NCBI GenBank assembly: GCA_964016885.1
Contig: OZ024742.1
Location: forward strand, 281,046,001-281,110,000
DNA from: Eledone cirrhosa
Taxonomy: Eukaryota
Length of the DNA stretch: 64,000 bases
Direction of reading: 5' to 3'
Shown: in pieces, positions 54,899 through 64,000 of the stretch
How the letters are laid out: the number at the start of each line of letters is the position of its first letter
Numbering within the stretch: position 1 is the stretch's first letter
Position numbers and translations under genes: made by a program
Notes under the pieces: generated by a model
Database searches by the model: none
What the model was told of the DNA's origin: nothing
Seen by the model: the letters and a program-made list of their open reading frames with translations, nothing else

Positions 54899-56652
54899 AT
54901 GACTGCAGGTGTTAAAGCCGCCACCACCACCACCGCGACAACCCCCAACCCCACCACCACCGCGACAACAGAAACAAAAGGAAAAAATAAATCAACTCGT
55001 GATGTCGAAATGTTTTCTACCAAAATGGACTATTCCCCAACGAACACCACTGACGTCACCACCACCACAGCTGAAACTAAAATTAATAATAACAAAAATA
55101 AAGATAACAACAACAGCAACAATGACATTAAAAAAACCACCCTGAGTTTTGCCAGAGTAGCAAAACAGTGCGAAGCATTTAGGGTAACTCAGGAGGAATT
55201 AGAAAATGCCAAAAAATTGGTAAAGAAAGATGGGTACAGGGTCAGACCCCCCACCCCCACACACACACACCTTATAAAATGGAGAACGGGCGCCTATGCA
55301 CCGTGTCGTATCGAACAATTAATGTAAAATTGCGCCGAGTGGAACGGGCATCCGAGTCCCAAATCCAAAAAGCTTTGGGACATGTGTGGGCAAGAAAAAC
55401 CCACATCAGACGTGGGCAGAAGTATGGAACCGTGGACGTGTTTTTTGAAAGACCAGAGGTGGCTAGAGAACACTCTATGGCCCCATTAAGAAGTGACGAC
55501 TTCACACTCGTCCCAAGCTGTTGTGGCCAGAGACTCGTAAAGATCAGGGTGACCCACGTTCCACCGGCCATCGAAATTCCCTGGCTAGTAGCGACCGTCC
55601 TCGCCGGCATCGAAGCCAACACCAAGATAATAGCAATAGCAAAAGAAAAGCAGGAGAACTGGTCCGGATCTGGGATGGAGCACTTGATCCAAGCAGAACA
55701 AAAAAGCATTGAGGAGATCCCAGAGGTAATAGACCTCACTGACGGCAGCCAGCTCACCGTAATTGTCGAGGGTAGAAGGCCTAGGTGTGTCGTTTGTGGT
55801 GAAGGAACCCACCTAAGGGCTTTCTGCCCTCAGGCTAAAAGGTTGAGGCCACCTCTTTTACCCACCCCAGTGACTCAACCATCAACACCACCAGTAGCAG
55901 AGACGGCAGCAACAACTGTAGCAGCAACAACAGTAGCAACTATAACAGCAACAACCCCAGCAACAGTAGCAAAACCAACACCACCACCGCCAGCAAAACC
56001 AACACCACCACCACCCAACGCTTCAGAACTAGCACCAGCGCCTACACCATCCACCACGCCACAACCAAAACTAAAGCCTGTGGAGGATTTTCCACTCCCC
56101 GGCCTACCACAACTGGAGACAGATTGTGACGACGAGGAGGGGGAAACGGTATCAGGAAAAAAGAAAAATAGAAACCAAAAAAGAAAAAATTCTCTTCCTT
56201 CCCCCTCCAAAAACAAAATACAGAGGAAAGCAAATACATTAACAAACAAAAAAGTTAGGACAGATATGCCACCATCCACACCAGCATCACCAACCCCATC
56301 ACCCCAAACACCAAAACCATCACCATCATTAACCCCAACACCACCATCACCTACACCACAAAAGTCACCAAAATGCGAAACAGAAACAAACCCACAACAA
56401 ACGCAAACAAAACAAAACAACCAAAACGATACACACTACACAGCATTAAATTTGAACAACAACCAATTATTACACTACATCCAACACAACACCAGCATCA
56501 CAGAAAAAGACTACACATCAACCCAAACATTCACACCACCTCCACACATACAAATCACTCGCATCACACAGAAAACGTACATGACACTAAAACAAAAATT
56601 CCCCCAAAGACATCGGAGACTTCCGACAAGCACTCTCCAGGAGGATTTATAA
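54899..56652 (+). pseudogene. Tx1 ORF1 (gag-like zinc knuckle), frameshift near 55260
   Basis: CVVCGEGTHLRAFC (CX2CX4HX4C); Thr/Pro-rich termini. Confidence 0.8.
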
Positions 56653-56762
56653 GGACTTCCTTCATGAGGAGGCCACAAACAGTGAAAAGGATTGAAAAAC
56701 CGTCCTTCCTCTACGAGAAGTAAGGTAAGTGGTCTTTCCCATCTTTTCCACTCCATTTCAAC

Positions 56763-59700
56763 ATGACCTCACTCAGAATAGGCAGCATAAATGCGCGTGG
56801 CTTGGGGTCGTCATGGAAGAAGGGCCACCTGCTCAACGACCTCAGGTCACTAAACATAGATGTAGTGGCCATCAGCGAGACCAGAATCTCCGAAGCACAG
56901 GCTTTCGCACCGATCTTCGGCGGCTACGATGTGTACGCATCTCCCAGCCGTCCGGAATCGGGGGAGGAGTTGCTGTGCTTTTTCGGAGAGGTTTGGATAT
57001 TGCCATACGGGCCATCTTCCTTGCCCCAGAAGGTAAGTTGGTTTTGCTAGACGTGACCAGCGGAGACGGGCAAGCTTTCAGGTTAGTGGTCGTCTATTCC
57101 CCGACAGGAGCAGGGCGGCCTGATTCTTCCGGCGTCTGGAGACCTTTCTTGGAACGTCCCGCTCTCTAGTGTTAGTGGGGGACTGGAACGGGATCATAGA
57201 TGCACGCTGGGATTGTGTGGGATTAGTGGATAGGGGAGGAGGGTGCAAGAGTCTCACCAACCTGCTCAGGCGTTTTGAACTGTCTGACAGGTACCGATTG
57301 GATTTCCCGAATGTACCAATGTGGACTTGGACAAATCGCATAGGGTCATCCAGATCATATCTAGATAGAGTATTTTGTAGGGAAATAGATAGGTCTAGCA
57401 TAAGCTGTCCACAATTCAATATAGTCAGCTACACGCACCACAAATTCGTGATCTGTGTGCTTGACTTAGATAGGCTCCATAGACAAGGACCCGGCTACTG
57501 GAAGCTAAACGCGTCCTTACCAGCGCGCAAGGCCTACAGAGACCGGATTAGCGAACTAGTTAAGCGGGCGTTGACGGGGGCCATCGTCAACAACAATTGG
57601 TGGTTTTCTCTGAAAAGAGCAATTAGAATAGGGTCCATTAGGTTTAGTAAGGATTTAGCAATAGACAAAATAGAGCAGAGGGAGAATTAGTTAGAACATT
57701 AGACGAGGCGCTTTGCAAAGGCATCGCGATCGACGTACTTGCGGCGAAATTGACCCTTGACCAATTCTTCAATGCAAAGCACGAAGGCTGCGTTGTCAGA
57801 GCTAGGGTGTGTGCTCTCAGACACGAGTGGACGAAAGCCGTTCAATGGGCCCGAGTGGCGGAGGCGCGTCGTGGCAACAAAGCCACGATCCGGTCTTTGG
57901 TGGACCATGACGAGCGCATGCTACTCGATCCCGGGCAAATGTGTGAAGCTTTTCAGCGACACTTCGCTCAACTGTTCGGGGGAAGTGGCGGGCCGTATCG
58001 AGGGATGGACTTGAGTGTCTACCTCGACGGACTGCCGCGGCTCTCGGCCACTGAGGCGGAGTGTTGCGAAAAGCCGATAACAGCCGCTGAAGTACGGGAG
58101 GCAATGACTGGCTGCACAAGGGGTAAATCGCCTGGTTTGGATGGTCTGCCCTATGAACTTTACGTACAAATGCCAGACTTGTTCGGAGGCCTCTTGGCGG
58201 ACGTCTACTGCAACTGGCAACGGGACGGGAGAATCCCCAGCTTTGTGATCCGAGGAGCGGTGGCGCTGCTGAGAAAGGATCCGAACAAGGGGGATAACAT
58301 AGATAATTTTAGGCCCATAACTCTGCTAAACACAGAGTTCAAGACTTTGGTCAAGGTGCTAGCAAAGAGGTTGGCGCTTGTCGTTGGTGGTCTGGTGGGA
58401 GAGGCGCAGACATGCGCCATTCCCGACAGATCCATCCACGACAACCTCCACCTCATGCGATACATCGTAGAGAGGGTAGCTAGGGAACCTGGCACGGGTG
58501 GGTCCTTGATAAATTTAGATCAGTCGAAAGCCTTCAATAGGGTCGACCATCGTAACCTAGCGGCAGTCCTGAGGGCGGCTGGCTTTGGGCCCGTCTTCAG
58601 AGGCTGGATCGCTACAATGCACAGTGACATCTGCTCTGTGGTGAGAGTGAACGGTCACCTTTCGGAACCGTTCAACATCATGCGCTCGGTCCGCCAAGCA
58701 TGTCCCCTCTCGTCCCTCTTGTACGTATTGACTCTCGAGCCATTACTGCACAAACTGGAGACGTTGAGGGGGGTCCCGCGCGAACTAGGATGCGGAAGAT
58801 CCGTGTCAGCATATGCCGACGATGTCACCGTAGTGGTGTCGAACGCCAACCTCATCGAGGCGAACGGCACTACACTAAGAGAATACGAAGCGGTGACAGG
58901 AGCAATGATCAACCAGGAAAAGTCAGTGGGCCTGCAGCTCGGCACCTGGAGAGGCAGATCCATGCCGTCCAATAGCGTCGTCGGGCGCTGGACGGATGGA
59001 CGGTTTATTGCTAGGGTTCTGGTTCGGTCCGGACCTCCAGACGGACAAAAGCTGGGACAAGGTGATGAGCAGGGTGGCTTCTCTCACCCAGAAATGGGCC
59101 GAGAGGAAGCTATCCCTGAAAGGTCGAGCGGAGGTGGCTAACGCGTACATCGCGTCCGTCATCTACTACTGCCTGACCGTCGTACCTTGTCCTAAGCCCC
59201 ACCTGACTGCGCTGGAGCGTTTGCTCTTTCGCATTTTGTGGAAGGGACGCGCTCCGATGGTCAGGCGGTCCATCTGCTGTCAACACCCGCTACGTGGAGG
59301 GCTGCGAATGCCGTGGCTGATGATGCGCAGACATGCGCTCAGGCTACGACATCTCCACCTCTTCCTCGACGGTGATCAGGTGTGGTCTCCGTTTGCTAGA
59401 CACGTCTTTCCCCAGCTCGTCTCCTTGACGGAGCTGCAGTCCTAGGTCAAGCGAAGACCGAGAGTTAGCGCTTGGAGACTGGAATGTCTTCAGGCGCTCA
59501 CAGCCCTCGACCAATCGGGCAATGTGATTGGTGGAAACTCCACCTTGGCTTTCTATAGAGGATTAGTGGAGGGGAAGAGCGACGACGTACTTGGAGAAAT
59601 TCTAGGCGTCGACGAAAATCATCTAGCCAATCTCTTAGGAAGGACTTTCGGGCCGGGGCCTATGGACAACTTCTAGAAATCCGTGACCTGGCAGTGTTAC

Positions 59701-60177
59701 CGGGGAGCTTTGCCAGTTCGGGATAAACTCTACAGGCAAGGAGGTGCCGTCAGCCGGGCATGTCCGAGATGCGCACAGGGCGACGAAACCGTCCTGCATG
59801 CACTCGTCCAGTGTCCGAGCATTGCTGACTTGTGGGTTTATGTCGAACACCTGCTGTCACGTGTAAGACGGATCCAGCTATCAGCTGAGTCCATCGTGAG
59901 GATTGCCCCGCCCTCTTCCTTTAGCCGGGAAGGGCAGGCAGTTTTTATCTGTCTGGTGGCCATGGCGAAAGAGATAGTATGGTGGACATGTTTGAAAGGG
60001 CTGAAGACGAGCACTTACCTCTTAGGTGATGCCCTGATTAACTTTTTCAAATTTCATTTGAAAAGGAAAATCATGGTAGAGAGGGAAGTGCTCTCTTCCC
60101 AGCATTTTGTTGAAAGATGGGTGAGAGAAGCAAGTATGGCCCGAATGAATGGGCCTTCTCTGAGTATGTGTCTGTAA
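56763..60177 (+). pseudogene. Tx1 ORF2 (APE endonuclease, RT, CCHC), disrupted
   Basis: SINARGL, AISET, LVGDWN, YLDRVF, FRPITLLN, DQSKAF, YADD, CPRC..HALVQC. Confidence 0.9.
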
Positions 60178-60440
60178 ATTAAAGGTGGAAAACTGGGAGA
60201 GGGCACTTGCCCTGGTGGTCAGGGTCACTGTGGTCTTTTAATGGGCTTTCTCCACAAATGTCCCTCGGAAGTCTCCCCCCTATTGGGGAATTTTTCTTTG
60301 TTATTTTATTACATCCTCTGTTTTTTTTACACGCAGAAATGCCCATTTGTACCGTCCTGTATTGTCTTGCACTGTCCTTAATGTCTACTTTATGTAAACC
60401 CTTGTGGTTAATAAAGAAATCATTATTATTATTATTACAG

Positions 60441-60530
60441 TTGCATTTATCTTGCTTTATGTTCATACGAGTTATCACCATATCAATTAGCAGGCATACC
60501 CTCTTTTTAAAGTCCTTCAATATTATATCA
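60441..60530 (-). mobile_element. internally deleted 3' fragment of the copy-D R4 family
   Basis: Joins sequence matching 49517-49556 to sequence matching 49918-49967; flanked by (ATT)n. Confidence 0.8.
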
Positions 60531-60531
60531 A

Positions 60532-60597
<66 letters not shown>

Positions 60598-60912
60598 GAC
60601 CATCATTATTAGCTTTGCTTTTCATCCTTACTGGGTCGATAAAATAAAGTACCAGTCACGCACTGGTCTCAATTTAGTCTACTTTGCCTTGTTCCAAGAA
60701 CAGACATTATTATAATTATTATTATGTACAAAAACTCAAATTAAATAACCATGCAAATGTTTTAAATGGACCTTTAATAGAAATATTAATTAGAAAATAT
60801 GAAATTTCTATTTAAGAATTTGAAGGAAATTAATAGTGCAATTTCGTAGAAATATCAACAATAATTGGTTATATAAACAATATTTACCTTTCATTTTTTT
60901 ATATACCAACAC

Positions 60913-60950
<38 letters not shown>

Positions 60951-61416
60951 AACGCACATACACACACACACATACATATATATAAATGTATATATATTGA
61001 GAGAAGATGAGATGAAATAGTACAATTATAATTATGAATACAGGTTAAACATAGAATTTAAATATTGTTAAGGTTGACATTATCAACGAAAAATATAAAT
61101 AAATGTGTTTTATAAAATGCATATCGATAAGTCAATTAGATTTTGCAGAGGTATAGTGTGTATATTATGGATACTGTTTATACATGCACACACACGCACA
61201 GACACACACACACACAAACACATACACACACACACATATACACACACACAGACACACACACATTCACTCACACACTATCTTTAATTATTGTAACTGATTT
61301 TGATCTCATATGTATCGGCTTCTAGCGGTGACGCGTCGTCCAAGCACGCCACTCTTCTTAGTCCCCTGTGATACATATGGATCGTTCTTGTGATATAGGT
61401 CGGTAGAGTTTATAAC

Positions 61417-61461
61417 GTTCTGATGAGTCCTGCAATTATGCAAGGACGAAACACTGTCAGC
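61417..61461 (+). ncRNA. solo type I hammerhead ribozyme, probably in a solo pLTR (~61290-61505)
   Basis: GTT-CTGATGA-GTCCT(gcaattatgca)AGGAC-GAAAC-act-GTC-AGC. Confidence 0.75.
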
Positions 61462-61521
61462 AAATAAAGATTAATTGATGATGTAAGCGCTCTTTTTTTT
61501 GTTTCATATATATATATATAT

Positions 61522-61598
<77 letters not shown>

Positions 61599-61614
61599 AA
61601 TATACACGAAGATT

Positions 61615-62068
61615 ATATTAATAAAAGGAATTCCAACTTTGTCTGATTTACTCGTTTTATTTACAATCCTTTAAAATTATAATTGTTTCTACTTTTGGCA
61701 CAAGGCCAGCAATTATCCTAGTGCATTACTGGTACTTTATTTTATCGACCCCGTTAGAATGAAAGGCAAAGTCAACCTCGGCGGGATTTGAACTCGGATC
61801 GTAAAGGGTCGTAACTATGCTGGAAAGCATGGTGTCTGACCCTCCACCGATACTGCCAATCCGCCCTTTTATAATGGTATTAGAATGAAATAGTATGGTA
61901 GAATATTAAATGTTAAGTGTTAATTGAACAAGTACTTTCATGCTTTCGCAATCTTCAGGTTCACATTCTGTGGTGACAGTCAAGTTTGCAATTTTAATAT
62001 CATTATAATTTTAAAGGATTGTAAATAAAACGAGTAAATCAGACAGAGTTGGAATTCCTTTTATTAAT

Positions 62069-62070
<2 letters not shown>
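61615..62070. repeat. ~68-bp inverted repeats enclosing a SINE (61681-61867, minus)
   Basis: atattaataaaaggaattccaact...tttaaaattataat at 61615-61683; reverse complement at 62003-62070. Confidence 0.75.
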
Positions 62071-62153
<83 letters not shown>

Positions 62154-62350
62154 TGTGTGTATATAATTTCACCAGTCCTCCTGTCATTTTACTCAATAAT
62201 AATTAACTCCGTTCTCGCACCACCAACAAGTTTCAATATAAACGAAGATGGATGAGTTGCATTTGTCTGGTACTTTTCCTAATATTACATCACGGTTGAC
62301 TATACGGAATGACCAGTTCTATCTAGTGATGAACCAACAAACCTAAATGA

Positions 62351-62390
<40 letters not shown>

Positions 62391-62392
<2 letters not shown>

Positions 62393-62464
62393 ACTAAAGT
62401 CTTAGTTTATTCCAGAAATAGCCGTCGAAACGGCTTGAGCTCTGCCGTCGGGGTCATACTTTCT

Positions 62465-62507
<43 letters not shown>

Positions 62508-62716
62508 TAGAAAGTATGACCCTAACGGCAGAGCTCAAGCCGTTTCGACGGCTATTTCTGGACTAAACTAAGACTTTAGTCCAGAAATAGCCGTCGAAAC
62601 GGGTTGAGCTCTGCCGTCGGGGTCATACTTTCTCCTATTGCCCACTCTACTACCCTAAATATTGAGTACTCTGGTGTGTTATGGTCCATCTGGTTCCTTA
62701 CCACAACTCCTTCGTT
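62391..62716. mobile_element. cluster of pLTR fragments (+,-,+) of the 27053-30150 family
   Basis: ccagaaatagccgtcgaaacgg.ttgagctctgccgtcggggtc at ~62412 and ~62581; reverse complement at ~62517-62560. Confidence 0.75.
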
Positions 62717-63980
62717 TATAGACATGTAGACATACATCTACACATACATATATATTGTAGTAACATGTGCTGCAACTTAGATGTACTGCTGCCTCTTGTT
62801 TTCCCTTCTCTATCGGTAGGTCTTTCTTTTTTTTTTGTCGTTCTCTTCGTTACCGTCTGTGTTTTCTTTTTTTTTGTTTTATTTCTTTTTTGTCTTCTTT
62901 TCCACTGATAGCCATCTCTCTTAGTTTTCAACTCACTGTGGTGAGATGTACTGTCTTCAATGCGTTAGAAATATCAGTGATCCAGAGAAGACAACCCATG
63001 AGTGGAAATTTTCCTTGTGTCTATGTCTTAGATAATATTTTGCCTTGTGCACGGCAGATTGTCTGACATACGTACTCTGGCAAGTTTGCAGCATACTATA
63101 ATGAATAGTGACTACTACAGCCGGGTGTTTTTCTCAAATTTCTCAGAGACCATCAGAATAGGAACAAGAGGGGCCAGATGGCGAGATGAATTCGAACCGT
63201 AATTAAATACCAGTATGTTTCACCATAACCATTTCAAGTTATAGCGTCATAGCTATATTAGCGCACAGTAATGTGTTTCGAGTTTACCTAAGGTTCTGTG
63301 GGACATGTCTCCCACCTCATCGTACATGTCAACATATCAATATACTTTCATTTTTCTACTGTAATGCTTGTTAGTATTTATTCTTTACAAATTAATTTCT
63401 ACTTATTTTTCCCTACTTAATGTTTATTATTCATTCATCCTTCCCAGCACGCTGTTTCTTGCTTGTTGTTTACCCCGTGTACTTCGCTTTCGTGTTCTCG
63501 CCAACGCATAGCTCCCGCGGCTAATAATAGATATCATAATGATTATGATGAATAATAAAGAAAGTATGATGAACATTCAGAAATGGCCATAGAATAACCA
63601 CACGAACGGAATTGAAAGCTTCTTGAATTGAAATATTAATTAGAAAACATCAAAATTTTACAGAAGAATTAAAGAGTGCCAGGGGCTAGTTTAGGGTTTA
63701 TATACAACTTTCTAAATTGTTATATACACTAATTTATATAATTCATTCAAGTTCACACACACATAAAAGAATAATAATTAGAATGTTTATACAACCCCAT
63801 CAAATTCAGTTGTACGTAAACGAAGTACTTTTCCGAAAGTCAGCTGAAGTAGTGTTATATAAACAATTAATTTAATTTGGTAGACTTTAACAACACTGAA
63901 CGTAAGAAACATATACTAGCTTTGAATTATTTCATGTGTCAGTACCAAATTAGCCAGGTATATCAAGTGTTAGCTGATTA

Positions 63981-64000
63981 ACAGTGATCATCTAGTGGGT
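63981..64000 (+). pseudogene. start of a probable tRNA-His relic, cut by the window edge
   Basis: ttagctg..acagtgatcatctagtgg resembles the tRNA 5' end; upstream 63620-63860 matches 31850-31930 and 32545-32570. Confidence 0.4.

Larger units (their letters stand above)
54522..60421 (+). mobile_element. full-length Tx1-like LINE (copy 2)
   Basis: 5' GG start, ORF1, ORF2 and aataaagaaatc end; (ATT)n on both sides. Confidence 0.92.

Overview
AT-rich eukaryotic, repeat-dominated DNA with no recognisable host protein gene. The SINE types and (TA)n/(ATT)n content suggest an invertebrate, probably a cephalopod (inference). The backbone is a decaying tRNA-His(GTG) cluster: minus-strand copies at 0.2-13.4 kb and plus-strand relics at 32-33 kb and the window end. 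It has been invaded through two microsatellite niches. (TA)n tracts hold Penelope-like elements (PLEs) and non-coding repeats carrying type I hammerhead ribozymes (HHRs). The clearest is a near-perfect ~11.3 x 310-bp HHR tandem array with one inverted 5' monomer (3781-7600, retrozyme-like). About nine distinct HHR or HHR-like sequence families occur, including U3-A8 and A4 core variants. (ATT)n tracts at 35.5-60.6 kb hold a chain of R4/Dong-like (minus) and Tx1-like (plus) non-LTR retrotransposons, and the three long R4 copies share a Tx1-like 5' leader. All calls were made by eye. Most short ORFs in the track are microsatellite or antisense artefacts.
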